From Minisyncoccota bacterium (GTDB lineage Bacteria > Patescibacteriota > Microgenomatia > PFEM01 > JAFGMK01), in contig JAFGMK010000024.1 in the NCBI GenBank assembly GCA_016927565.1, positions 6,105 to 70,104 of the forward strand: DNA of 64,000 nucleotides, given 5' to 3'. The notes beneath the pieces were generated by a model. That model saw nothing but the letters and a program-made list of their open reading frames with translations, made no database searches and had not been told where the DNA came from. Shown here piece by piece: positions 48,014 through 58,212 of the stretch. Numbering within the stretch: position 1 is the stretch's first letter; every line of letters starts with the position of its first letter. A program made the position numbers and the translations under genes.

Positions 48014-48685
48014 CTATCTGTTTTTTCTTTCCCTGATTTGTTTTAAACCCTCACGGGAACAGGTCAGGATTTGATCAATGATAGCTTCTTGCCCTTCGGC
48101 TTTTGTCTTGATGGCAGACAAAACTTCCTCATGTTTCAAACAGGCTATCTCCAGCCTTTCCAAAAAAGCTAGGGTTTCAATTCCATCCTCGCTTGCTTCT
48201 TTCTCCTGAGCAATCGCTTGCTCTAAATACTTTTCTGCCTTAGTCGCGGTAGTTATCCCCAATTCAGGCTTGCCTCCCTCCACTAAAACTTCCGCCGCTC
48301 CAATTCTTTTATCAGCATAATGAAGTAATCTCTCTGCCTTTTTTAACCGGTTAGTCGTTAAAAAAAGCTGGATCCGATCACGAATCATCTTCAAAAGATA
48401 GAGAGGATGATCAGGCAGAATTCCCGGATAGGGCAGATAATAATCAACCGCATTCTCTGCTTCAACCAATCGAACTGCCCCAGTCGCCTCATCATCAACA
48501 ACGTCAAGGAGAATCGGCAAAGGATCCTCGAAATTTGATTCTGAAGAACCAGAAGCAACATTCCCTGACTGGGCCAGCGTCTTAGAAGAAGTTTTAAAAA
48601 GAGAAACTGATAAAATCGCCAAGCCGAAAAATAGAGTCAAACTGATAAGCAAGAATCTTTTCATAAGCAGCTTGCATTTTATCAC
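48014..48685 (-). CDS. DUF5667-like protein
   Basis: Signal/TM segment; LPYPGILPDHPLY..K..RD, ADKR. Confidence 0.8.
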   Translation of the reverse strand: MIKCKLLMKRFLLISLTLFFGLAILSVSLFKTSSKTLAQSGNVASGSSESNFEDPLPILLDVVDDEATGAVRLVEAENAVDYYLPYPGILPDHPLYLLKMIRDRIQLFLTTNRLKKAERLLHYADKRIGAAEVLVEGGKPELGITTATKAEKYLEQAIAQEKEASEDGIETLAFLERLEIACLKHEEVLSAIKTKAEGQEAIIDQILTCSREGLKQIRERKNR

Positions 48686-48707
48686 TCTTCGTCAACCAAA
48701 GACAAGT

Positions 48708-49433
48708 TTAGCGAAATAATATTATCGGCCAACTCCAGAAAACATGGAGAAGAATCGGCCCTATCACGCTTTCGGTCCGGCTGAAAACAAAACCCGCTCC
48801 TAAACTGTAAACAAAAACGATTATCCCATAAGATAGAATCTGCCAAGGATCATACCGGAGTACAAAGATCGTGATTGGCAAGTGAATCAGTACAAAAAGA
48901 AATGACACGACAAAATTAGTCCGCCACTCGTTTTTCCAAAACTGATTGAGACGATTAAAAATAAAACTCCTAAAAACCAATTCTTCGCAAAGGGCAGTAA
49001 TTCCCGAAGTCAAAAGAACAAAACCCAATCCCCAACCCTGATAAGGCAATTCTGGCAAATCCAGCCCCTGGTATTTAACGATGTTGGTTAAAATTCCCTC
49101 GAGGGCAAAAACAAATCCCAAACCGATTCCCCAGTAAAGATTCTTAAAAAGTTTTTCTGTTGATAAGGCTAAAGAAGAAAGCGGTTTTTTTTCAAGCTTT
49201 TTAACCACCCAAAAAAGCGATCCCAGCCAAACCAAAGGTTTTAAAAAGAGTTCATCAATCGCTTCCGGCAGGATTATCAAGTAACGATACAAGCCCCAAA
49301 CAAGCAACAAAAAGATAAAATAGCTGAAAACCAACCGCAAAGCCTTAATTCTCTTTAAGCTAACTGCCTCAAAAGAATCTCCGTCCTTTAAGATAGTAAT
49401 GCCAAAAAGTTTGTTAAAAAGAGATTCTCTCAT
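48708..49433 (-). CDS. CPBP (CAAX type II) intramembrane metalloprotease
   Basis: EELVFR, F...H, H...S motifs; multiple TMs. Confidence 0.9.
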   Translation of the reverse strand: MRESLFNKLFGITILKDGDSFEAVSLKRIKALRLVFSYFIFLLLVWGLYRYLIILPEAIDELFLKPLVWLGSLFWVVKKLEKKPLSSLALSTEKLFKNLYWGIGLGFVFALEGILTNIVKYQGLDLPELPYQGWGLGFVLLTSGITALCEELVFRSFIFNRLNQFWKNEWRTNFVVSFLFVLIHLPITIFVLRYDPWQILSYGIIVFVYSLGAGFVFSRTESVIGPILLHVFWSWPIILFR

Positions 49434-49490
49434 TGTTCACATAATAACAAATTAGCCGGCGGTTTTAAACCCTTCTTTGTTATAATACTT

Positions 49491-51749
49491 TTGATGAAAA
49501 CTGAAAAGAAGGCCAGACCGGCTGAAAAAAGCACCCTCCGGTCCAAGAAAAAACGTAAAACTCGCCAATTTCCAAAAACCAAAAAGAAGCGCTTAATAAA
49601 AAAAGGGAGATTTTATATTATTCTTCTTCTCCTGCTTTCGATTTTCAGCTTTTGGCTTTTCATTTTAAAAGACCTTCCCTCCCCAACCAAACTTGAAAAT
49701 TACGACTTTCCCGTCTCAACCCAAATCTTTGACTCAAAAAAAAGGCTTCTTTATGAAATCTATGCCGAAAAAAAAAGGACCCCAATCAAAATTGAAAACA
49801 TTCCTGATCATCTCAAATGGGCCACCATTGCTTCCGAAGATAAAGATTTTTATCATCACCGGGGCTTTGCCTTCCGGGGAATTATTAGGGGTTTTTATAA
49901 TACCATTTTCAAAAAGAGCCTCCAAGGCGGCTCTACTATTACTCAGCAATTAATCAAAAATGCCCTCCTGACTCAAGAACGGACCATTCAAAGAAAGATT
50001 CGGGAGGCAATCCTGGCCTGGCTCACAGAAATTATCTATTCTAAAGACCAAATTTTAGAGATGTATTTCAACCAGGTTCCTTACGGCGGAACTGCCTGGG
50101 GGATCGAAACTGCCGCTCAAACCTACTTCAATAAAAGTACCCCCGATTTAACTCTGGCTGAGTCAGCTCTTTTAGCCGGACTACCAGCCTCTCCGACCCG
50201 TTTTTCTCCTTTTGGCGCTCACCCCGACTTAGCCATAAACCGCCAGAAAAGAGTTCTTCAAAGAATGGTTGAGGACGGCCACATTTCTTTGGAGGATGCC
50301 CAAGAGGCAGAAAAAGAAGCTCTGAACTTTGCTCCCATGGAAATTAGCATCAAAGCTCCTCATTTCGTTCTCTGGATCAAAGAAAAACTAGTCGAGCAAT
50401 ACGGCGAAAGACTGGTTGAGCAAGGCGGTTTAAGAATTACTACCACCCTTGATCTTGACCTGCAAGAAAAAGCCCAGCAAATCATCCATGCCGAGATTGA
50501 TAAACTTGAAAATCTCAAAGTGGCTAACGGCGCCGGCCTGATAACTGCTCCAGAAACCGGAGCAATTTTGGCGCTTATAGGCTCTCACGATTATTTTGAT
50601 CTTAAAAATGACGGCAATGTCAACGTTGTCCTCCGGCCAAGGCAGCCCGGTTCAGCCATCAAACCTTTAAACTACGCTTTAGCTTTTGAAAACAAAACTC
50701 TTACTCCGGCCTCAGTGATTAACGATATTCCGACTTGTTTCAAAGTTGCCGGCCAAAAGTCCTACTGTCCGGTCAATTATGACGGCCAGTTTCACGGCCC
50801 GGTTCAAACCAGATTTGCCCTCGGCAATTCTTATAACATTCCCGCGGTTAAAACGCTGGTTTTAAACGGACTTGAAGAATTCATCAACTTTGCCAAGAAA
50901 ATGGGGATCACCAGCTTTACCGAGCCGAAAAACTACGGCCTTTCCCTTACTCTGGGCGGCGGCGAGGTTACAATGTATGATTTGACAACTGCTTTTTCTG
51001 CCTTCGCCAATAACGGGATCAGACAAAACCTCTATGCCATTGAAAAAGTCGAAAACTGGCAGGGGAAAGTCCTATATCAACATCAGGAGTCACCCGGAGC
51101 CAGAGTTATCTCGCCGGAGACAGCTTACCTGATCAGCCATATCCTTTCAGATAACAACGCCCGCACCGCCGCCTTTGGCAGCCATTCACAATTGCTTATC
51201 AAAGATCATCCTGAAGTAGCAGTCAAAACCGGAACCACTAATGAAAAAAAGGATAATTGGGCAATCGGCTTCACTCCGGACTTTTCGGTCAGCGTTTGGG
51301 TAGGTAACAACGACAACACTCCCATGAGCCAGATCGCCTCGGGCACCACAGGCGCCTCATCAATTTGGAATCAGATCATGAGTCTCGTACTTAAAGATAA
51401 AAAGTCGCATTGGCCGCCAAAACCGGAAGGAATAGTTGGAATTCAGATTTGTGCTGTTTCCGGTCTTAAACCGGCTTCGAATGACAGCTGTCCGGTCCGA
51501 TTCGAATACTTCGATAAAGACACTCTGCCTGAAGAAATCGAAAATTTAGAAAGAGGCATTGCCGTTGACAAAACCAGCGGCCAACTGGCAAATAGCGACA
51601 CCTTGCCGGAAAATATCGAAATCCAGAATCATCGGGTAGTTTGGGACAAGCTGGGCACCCCCTATTGTTTGGACTGCTCTTTTCCCACCCAAGCCCAAAT
51701 TCTGGACTCCAGCCGGGTCCTCAGAAATTTTCCCCAACCAACACCCTGA
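49491..51749 (+). CDS. class A penicillin-binding protein (PBP1A family)
   Basis: EDKDFY.H.G, GGSTITQQL, SAIK, SYN, KTGT. Confidence 0.95.
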   Translation: MMKTEKKARPAEKSTLRSKKKRKTRQFPKTKKKRLIKKGRFYIILLLLLSIFSFWLFILKDLPSPTKLENYDFPVSTQIFDSKKRLLYEIYAEKKRTPIKIENIPDHLKWATIASEDKDFYHHRGFAFRGIIRGFYNTIFKKSLQGGSTITQQLIKNALLTQERTIQRKIREAILAWLTEIIYSKDQILEMYFNQVPYGGTAWGIETAAQTYFNKSTPDLTLAESALLAGLPASPTRFSPFGAHPDLAINRQKRVLQRMVEDGHISLEDAQEAEKEALNFAPMEISIKAPHFVLWIKEKLVEQYGERLVEQGGLRITTTLDLDLQEKAQQIIHAEIDKLENLKVANGAGLITAPETGAILALIGSHDYFDLKNDGNVNVVLRPRQPGSAIKPLNYALAFENKTLTPASVINDIPTCFKVAGQKSYCPVNYDGQFHGPVQTRFALGNSYNIPAVKTLVLNGLEEFINFAKKMGITSFTEPKNYGLSLTLGGGEVTMYDLTTAFSAFANNGIRQNLYAIEKVENWQGKVLYQHQESPGARVISPETAYLISHILSDNNARTAAFGSHSQLLIKDHPEVAVKTGTTNEKKDNWAIGFTPDFSVSVWVGNNDNTPMSQIASGTTGASSIWNQIMSLVLKDKKSHWPPKPEGIVGIQICAVSGLKPASNDSCPVRFEYFDKDTLPEEIENLERGIAVDKTSGQLANSDTLPENIEIQNHRVVWDKLGTPYCLDCSFPTQAQILDSSRVLRNFPQPTP

Positions 51750-51852
51750 TTCAATTTATCTTTGGTCAAAATTACTGGCAAATCACCTTAACTAGTTTTT
51801 TCTATTTTCCCCTCTTTAATAAAGCTCGATGATCAGCTAAAATCCAAAAATA

Positions 51853-54258
51853 ATGGCGACTAAAAGGACAGGGTTCGGCGCTTTTACTGAACTCGCCAAA
51901 ACTACTGAAAAATTCCGCCGCGGAATCGGTCTTTTTCTGGAATCCATCGGCCGGCCAATCCTTTGGCTTCTTTTGAAATTGTTTTTTGTTCTCAGCCGGT
52001 TTTTAAAATTATTCCTTGAATTTAAGAAGTTTCTCTTCCGATCCCCTTTAAAAAGGACAGTTAAAAAACGAAAAAACAAACAATCGACTCTGAAAACAAC
52101 CGGGAAACAACTTTTCAGAAGCGGCCGATGGTTAAGCCTGCTTTTGAACTTATTTTTCGGTCTGGCTGTCATTACTTATCTAACTGTCCTCAAAGACCTC
52201 CCTCATCCGGATCGTCTCATTACCCGACCTCAGGCTGTTTCCACTAAAATCTATGACCGCCGCGGCCAATTGCTTTACAAAATCTATCGCAATCAAAATC
52301 GGACTCTGATCAAAATTGAAGACATCCCTCCTTTCTTAATCCAGGCAACTGTCGCCATCGAAGACGCCGAGTTTTACCATCATTACGGCTTCTCTTTAAA
52401 AGGCATCTCCCGCTCCTTAATAAAAAATTTCTCTCAGGGCAAGCTTCAAGGCGGCTCAACCATTACCCAACAACTGGTTAAAAACGCTCTTTTGAGTCCG
52501 GAAAAAACTATCCTTAGAAAATTCAGAGAACTTTTTCTTTCAATTCAAACTGAACTCCGCTTCAACAAAAAAGAGATTCTTCAAATGTATTTTAATGAAG
52601 TTGCTTACGGCGGAGCGGCTTACGGGATTGAAGAAGCCGCCTGGAAGTATTTTAACAAATCAGCTCTTAACCTCAACCTGCCGGAAGCGGCTCTTTTAGC
52701 CGGCCTTCCCGCTTCACCGACCCTTTATTCCCCTTTTGGAGCTTATCCGGATTTGGCCAAAAAAAGGCAGAGCCTGGTTTTGGAAAGAATGGCTTCCGAA
52801 AAATTTATCACCCCTGAAGAGGCTGAAAAAGCCAAGATCGCTCCGCTCTCTTTTGCTCCTCAGGAAACCAACATCAAAGCTCCCCATTTCGTAATGTTTG
52901 CTAAAGATCTTCTGGCCAAAAAATTCGGTGGCCAAATTGTCGAAGAAGGCGGATTGGAAGTAATCACCAGTCTGGATCTTGCTGTTCAAAATCTGGCTCA
53001 AAACATTGTTCAGGAAGAGCTAAAAAACTTAGAAAAATTAAATGTCCAGAACGGGGCAGTGCTAGTCACCAAACCCAAAACGGGCGAAATCCTGGCCATG
53101 GTCGGCTCCCGGAATTATTTTGCCACCGACCAAGACGGCAATGTCAACGTTACTCTTTGCGCCCGCCAACCGGGCTCAGCAATCAAACCGATTAACTATG
53201 CAGTAGCGCTTAAAATGGGCTACACTCCGGCTACCATTCTCTCAGATACCCCAATCACCTACAAAATTCCCGGGCAGCCTCCCTATTCGCCAAAGAATTA
53301 CGACAATCGTTTCCACGGGCAAGTTCCACTCAGAACCGCTCTGGCGTCTTCATATAATGTTCCTGCCGTCAAGATACTCTCTTCCTATGGAGTTGAAAAA
53401 ATGATTTCTCTGGGCCAAGATCTGGGCATTTCCACTTGGAATAACCCGAATCGTTTTGGCCTGGCATTAACCTTAGGAGGCGGCGAAGTAAGAATGATTG
53501 ACCTGGCCGTTGTTTACGCTACCTTTGCCAACCTGGGCCAAAGAGTTGATCTTCAGCCTTTTTTGTCAATCGAAAATTACCAAGGTAAAATATACCACGA
53601 TTTCGATTGCGGCCGCCATTCAAACGAATTCCCTAAAGGAACCGCCGCCGAAGCTTTTTCAAGCTCCGGTTGTTCGTCAAAAACTGCTCTTGATCCGGAG
53701 GTTGCCTACCTCTTAAACCATATCTTAAGCGATAATGAGGCCCGCACCCCTGCTTTCGGCCCTCACTCTCAATTGGTAATTCCGGAAAAAACAGTCGCGG
53801 TTAAAACCGGCACCACTAACGAATTAAGAGATAATTGGACAATCGGCTATACTCCCGACTTCCTGGTTGCCGTTTGGGTCGGCAACAACGACAATTCTCC
53901 GATGCACCGAATTGCTTCGGGTCTGACCGGCGCCTCTTCAATTTGGCATAAAATTATGATCAATCTTCTTAATGATCTTCCCGATCAGCCCTTTCCCCGA
54001 CCGGAAGGGATTATTCAAAAGGAAATTTGCTCCCTGACCGGCACTCTTCCCTGCCAAGACTGCCCAACCAAAGAAGAAATCTTTATCAGCGGAACCGAGC
54101 CCAAGAATCACTGCTCGTCCCGGGAAGAAAAAAGAAGTGAAAAGGAACGCGAAAAGATCCTGGGCACGGAAGATAACTTTCAAGAAATCAAGCCTGCCAC
54201 TACTTCTTATAGGATAGAAAAAAACGGCAAAGTTATCTGGGAGAAAATCAGGAAATAG
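51853..54258 (+). CDS. class A penicillin-binding protein, second tandem copy
   Basis: EDAEFY.H.G, GGSTITQQL, SAIK, SYN, KTGT. Confidence 0.95.
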   Translation: MATKRTGFGAFTELAKTTEKFRRGIGLFLESIGRPILWLLLKLFFVLSRFLKLFLEFKKFLFRSPLKRTVKKRKNKQSTLKTTGKQLFRSGRWLSLLLNLFFGLAVITYLTVLKDLPHPDRLITRPQAVSTKIYDRRGQLLYKIYRNQNRTLIKIEDIPPFLIQATVAIEDAEFYHHYGFSLKGISRSLIKNFSQGKLQGGSTITQQLVKNALLSPEKTILRKFRELFLSIQTELRFNKKEILQMYFNEVAYGGAAYGIEEAAWKYFNKSALNLNLPEAALLAGLPASPTLYSPFGAYPDLAKKRQSLVLERMASEKFITPEEAEKAKIAPLSFAPQETNIKAPHFVMFAKDLLAKKFGGQIVEEGGLEVITSLDLAVQNLAQNIVQEELKNLEKLNVQNGAVLVTKPKTGEILAMVGSRNYFATDQDGNVNVTLCARQPGSAIKPINYAVALKMGYTPATILSDTPITYKIPGQPPYSPKNYDNRFHGQVPLRTALASSYNVPAVKILSSYGVEKMISLGQDLGISTWNNPNRFGLALTLGGGEVRMIDLAVVYATFANLGQRVDLQPFLSIENYQGKIYHDFDCGRHSNEFPKGTAAEAFSSSGCSSKTALDPEVAYLLNHILSDNEARTPAFGPHSQLVIPEKTVAVKTGTTNELRDNWTIGYTPDFLVAVWVGNNDNSPMHRIASGLTGASSIWHKIMINLLNDLPDQPFPRPEGIIQKEICSLTGTLPCQDCPTKEEIFISGTEPKNHCSSREEKRSEKEREKILGTEDNFQEIKPATTSYRIEKNGKVIWEKIRK

Positions 54259-54487
54259 GCGGTCGGGAAATTATCACTTCAGAACCAAAAACCTGTTCTA
54301 ACCAAACAGGCAATTCTGTCTGCAAGTAAAAAAATAAACTGGCGATCACTGTTGCCAGAAAAAGAATCACTATTAACCAACGGCCGTCAAAGCGATCTCT
54401 AACCCTCTCTTTTATTCTTTCTTCTTCTTTTTTAGAAGGCTTCTTAAGCATTCTGAGAGACTTAATCTGACCAGCAGGAATAACCAT
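54248..54487 (-). CDS. small single-TM hypothetical protein
   Basis: Basic N-terminus plus one TM segment. Confidence 0.6.
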   Translation of the reverse strand: MVIPAGQIKSLRMLKKPSKKEEERIKERVRDRFDGRWLIVILFLATVIASLFFYLQTELPVWLEQVFGSEVIISRPPIS

Positions 54488-54548
54488 TTTTAAAAAAGAA
54501 AATCATGAGGCTAAAAAGTGTTCAAAAAATTTATTTTAAATCATAAAA

Positions 54549-55520
54549 CTAGCTTTTCCCGATTGGCCTTTTTATCCATTTCTGAGCTTCTCTTAGGGTA
54601 AGAAGTCCGGTTTTCGCACCCATTTTTGTTACCACCGATGCCCCGTTGGCTACCCCCAGTTTTAAGGCCTTTGAAAGCGGCCAGCCCATCATCAAACCAG
54701 CGACAAAACCGACCCCGAAGCCGTCACCGGCGCCGGTGGTATCTTTAGCTTTGATTTTAAAAGCCGGAGTGGTTAGCCATTGATCGTCCCGGGTAAAAAG
54801 CTGAGCCCCTTTTTGGGCCTGAGTCACTACCCCGACCTCTTTAACCAAAGCACAGGTTTTTGGCAACAGCCGCTTATCGGTCATTTCCAAACCCGTTAAT
54901 CGAGCCGCCTCTTCTTGATTGATAATTACCACCTCAGCCCGGTTAAGAAGAGGGATCAGCTCTTTTCTTTGAGCCAGTTCTTTCCGGCCGGGATTAATCG
55001 CCGTTTGAATTCCGTATCGGCCGGCATGGTCAAGAACCTTCTTTAAAAAAGCCAGATTTCCCTCGAGCGAAGAGATATAAAACCAGCTTGCCTTCAGTTT
55101 AGAAAAGTCGATTAAATCAATTTCCAATCTTGTTCCGCCGCGATAAACCAGGATGCTTCGACCGCCATCCGGTCCTTGCAAGATAGTTGAATAATCGGTT
55201 TCATCCCCTTTTACCTGAATCAAAAGATTCCGGCTAACTCCTTCTTGGCGTAACTGAGTCCGGACAATTTGACCGGCCAAATCCCGGCCGCAACGAGCCA
55301 AAACACCGGCTCTTAACCCCAACCGCGAGAAACCGACCGCGGTATTAGTCCCTCCCCCGCCCGATTGAATTAAAAGCCGGGAAACTTCAGACTTCGCCCC
55401 ATAGGGAGCTATCAGTGCCCGACCGGTAAAAACCTTCGGAGTCTTTAAAAGCTTCAGTTCCTTTGACTCTAAAAAAACATCTAAAGTGGCTGAACCAATT
55501 GAGATAACATCAAACCTCAT
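54549..55520 (-). CDS. PfkB-family carbohydrate kinase
   Basis: GGGGTNTA..SRLG, NPG, N.EE, DTTGAGDGF. Confidence 0.93.
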   Translation of the reverse strand: MRFDVISIGSATLDVFLESKELKLLKTPKVFTGRALIAPYGAKSEVSRLLIQSGGGGTNTAVGFSRLGLRAGVLARCGRDLAGQIVRTQLRQEGVSRNLLIQVKGDETDYSTILQGPDGGRSILVYRGGTRLEIDLIDFSKLKASWFYISSLEGNLAFLKKVLDHAGRYGIQTAINPGRKELAQRKELIPLLNRAEVVIINQEEAARLTGLEMTDKRLLPKTCALVKEVGVVTQAQKGAQLFTRDDQWLTTPAFKIKAKDTTGAGDGFGVGFVAGLMMGWPLSKALKLGVANGASVVTKMGAKTGLLTLREAQKWIKRPIGKS

Positions 55521-55525
55521 TTTTT

Positions 55526-56404
55526 TTAGAGCCTTTCAATCTCGACCGCCTTTCCTTCTGAACCAAAAAGTTTAATTTTTTCCTCAACCACCTTTTGGAT
55601 GGAGGCAATCACCGGCGGCATTAACTGATAAACCTTAACGGCATCCGAACCCTTCAAAACATTTTCCAAAGTTTGCCGATAAGCTATCCGCAAATCGGTA
55701 TTAACATTAATTTTTACGATTCCTAAGCCGATCGCTTCTTTCAGTTGTTCCTGATTGATTCCTGATCCTCCGTGTAAACTCATCAGGCAAGGGAGTAATT
55801 CAGCCAATCGTCTGAGCCGCAAAAGATCAATTTCTTCGGCAGTTCGGTAAACTCCGTGAAGATTCCCGATTGAAACTGCCAGAATGTCAGCCTTAACCTG
55901 AGTTAATAAACCGGCTGCCTTATCTGGATCGGTTAGCTCTCCTTTAGCCAGAACTTCCTCTGCTGTTTCCTCCTGCTTCTCGGAAACGCCTTGAATTTTT
56001 TCAAACTCAACTTCAATCAAAACTCCTTTCTGATGGGCCAATTCAACCATCTGAAGCGAGGCACGAAGGTTTTCCTCAAAACCCAGATCCGAGCCGTCAA
56101 AATGAACCATATCAAAGCCGAGTTCAATCGCTTTTTTAACATTCTCGATTTCTTTGCCGTGATCAAGATTAGTAAAAATCGGCAAGCCGGTCTCAGATGA
56201 CAAATTCTTAACCACACTCAGGAAATTTCTAAAACCAAAATATTCAATCTCCCCTTGAGAAGCCTCTATAATCAACGGACTCTGAGTTATCTGAGCCGCC
56301 GCCACGATCCCCTTAACCATCTCCAGATTAACGGCATTGAAGGCACCAATCGCAAAGCCCTCTCGTGATGCCTTAGTCAACCAGCCTTTCAAGGAAGAAT
56401 CCAT
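55526..56404 (-). CDS. fba: class II fructose-bisphosphate aldolase
   Basis: AIGAFN, LDHG, GNLHG, LHGGSG, KINVNT. Confidence 0.92.
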   Translation of the reverse strand: MDSSLKGWLTKASREGFAIGAFNAVNLEMVKGIVAAAQITQSPLIIEASQGEIEYFGFRNFLSVVKNLSSETGLPIFTNLDHGKEIENVKKAIELGFDMVHFDGSDLGFEENLRASLQMVELAHQKGVLIEVEFEKIQGVSEKQEETAEEVLAKGELTDPDKAAGLLTQVKADILAVSIGNLHGVYRTAEEIDLLRLRRLAELLPCLMSLHGGSGINQEQLKEAIGLGIVKINVNTDLRIAYRQTLENVLKGSDAVKVYQLMPPVIASIQKVVEEKIKLFGSEGKAVEIERL

Positions 56405-56409
56405 GTTTT

Positions 56410-57114
56410 TTATTCGCCCCGCTTAATCACCGATTCCTTCCGTTTTGCCTCAGACAAACCGTCAAGAATCTCCACTGCCTTTGAAGTTCCAATTTGCCGG
56501 GCCCCAGCCTCAATAAAAGCAATCGCCTCCCGGCAAGTTCCGATTCCGCCGGCAACTTTGATTTTAGCCTGATCCCCGATTGCGCTCCTGATTAAAACTA
56601 CATCCCTAAGACGGGCACCCCGAGGTCCCATCCCTGAACAGGTTTTAACAAAATCAGCTCCCGATCTTACCACTAATTCCGCCGCCTTTTTAATCTCTGC
56701 TTCATTTAAAAAACCGGTTTCAATAATAAACTTAATGATTGTTTTTTCCCTGATATTCCTCACGGCTTCAACTATCGCTCTCATTTCTGCCAGAACCAGC
56801 TTATCCCAACCGGCTTTAAACCAGCCGACATTCATGGAAACATCCAGCTCGTCAGCTCTCTTCTTGGCCGCTTCAACCGAAGCAAAAACCTTAACGGCTT
56901 GAATTTCCTGTCCCAAGGGAAAACCGATCACCGTCCCCACGACCCCCTCCTCTCCCAATAATTCTTTTGCCAGGGGAACATAACAAGGATTAACAAAAGC
57001 GCTATGGAAGCCATAAGCCTTAACCTGCTGACAAAGGAATCTAATCGACTTCTCAGTCGCATCGGCCCGATGATTGGCAAAATCTAAATAACCGGCAAGT
57101 TTTTGCTTATCCAT
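56410..57114 (-). CDS. deoC: deoxyribose-phosphate aldolase
   Basis: VIGFPLG, KFIIET, ADFVKT, KVAGGI, IGTS. Confidence 0.95.
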   Translation of the reverse strand: MDKQKLAGYLDFANHRADATEKSIRFLCQQVKAYGFHSAFVNPCYVPLAKELLGEEGVVGTVIGFPLGQEIQAVKVFASVEAAKKRADELDVSMNVGWFKAGWDKLVLAEMRAIVEAVRNIREKTIIKFIIETGFLNEAEIKKAAELVVRSGADFVKTCSGMGPRGARLRDVVLIRSAIGDQAKIKVAGGIGTCREAIAFIEAGARQIGTSKAVEILDGLSEAKRKESVIKRGE

Positions 57115-57130
57115 TTTTAATTAAAAATTA

Positions 57131-58144
57131 CTAAACCGCATGCTGGCCAATCAAAATTGCCCCTTCAATCAAACGGCAACAGTAGCCCCATTCATTATCA
57201 TACCAAGCGCCAATCTGAACCAGATCCTGGCTGATAACTTGAGTCATCAAACCATCAACGATTGCCGAATGAGAATCGCCAATAATGTCTGAAGAAACCA
57301 GCGGCTCACCCGAAAACCTGACAATGCCGGCCATTTTACCTAGCGAGGCTTCCCGTAAAACCCGATTTACCGCCCGGGAATTAGTTGGTTTGACAAATTT
57401 AAAAGTGATATCCGAATAAGACCCTCCCAGCACCGGAACGCGGATGGCCGTAGCGGTAAACTTAGTTCTCAGACCGGGCAGAACTCTCACAACCGCCTCA
57501 GCCGCACCGCTGGAAGTAGGAACAATATTAACCAGAGCTGAGCGGCTTCGCCGCAGATCCTGATGAGAACCGTCAACCAGTTGCTGATCAGCCGTAACGG
57601 CATGAACCGTAGTCATCCGGCCATCTTCCACTTTAAAATTTTTAATAATTACCCGGGCAATTGGCGCCGCACAATTAGTTGTACAGGAACCACAGCTGAT
57701 CACCTTTTCCTGCCGATATTTATCTAAATTGACTCCCTTAATAAAAATCGGAATTTTTCTATCTTTTGGATTAGCTGAAACGATTACTCGCTTAGCCCCG
57801 CTGTTCAGATGTTTGCTCGCGTTTTCTAAATCACGAAAAACTCCGGTTGATTCGATCACGACATCAACTCCGAAACGATTCCAGGGAATTTTCGCCGGAT
57901 CGCGCTGAAACAGCACCGGAATTCGATTTCCCTCAACAATCAGATCAGTTTCATCCCAGGTAATCTCGCCTCCAAAAGAACCATAAACTGAGTCATGCTT
58001 TAAAAGATGACCCCAACTAGCTACCGGCATTGAGCCCGAAGTGTTGACGGCTACTAACTTTATTTGATCGGCAAAGTACTTTTGAACTACCCGAAAGGCC
58101 ACCCGCCCGATCCGACCGAAGCCATTAATCGCCAATCTGACCAT
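57131..58144 (-). CDS. gap: glyceraldehyde-3-phosphate dehydrogenase (type I)
   Basis: INGFGRIGR, SCTTNC, WYDNEWGY. Confidence 0.96.
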   Translation of the reverse strand: MVRLAINGFGRIGRVAFRVVQKYFADQIKLVAVNTSGSMPVASWGHLLKHDSVYGSFGGEITWDETDLIVEGNRIPVLFQRDPAKIPWNRFGVDVVIESTGVFRDLENASKHLNSGAKRVIVSANPKDRKIPIFIKGVNLDKYRQEKVISCGSCTTNCAAPIARVIIKNFKVEDGRMTTVHAVTADQQLVDGSHQDLRRSRSALVNIVPTSSGAAEAVVRVLPGLRTKFTATAIRVPVLGGSYSDITFKFVKPTNSRAVNRVLREASLGKMAGIVRFSGEPLVSSDIIGDSHSAIVDGLMTQVISQDLVQIGAWYDNEWGYCCRLIEGAILIGQHAV

Positions 58145-58212
58145 AAAATCCTCCTCAGTTAAAAGCTTATAAAGTTAAAAAGGTGCCTGAAATTATAATC
58201 TTCTCCGACTTC

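Noticed and set aside
49491-54258. Tandem PBP1A genes as a novel system
   Set aside because: Both have canonical motifs, and multiple class A PBPs are ordinary.
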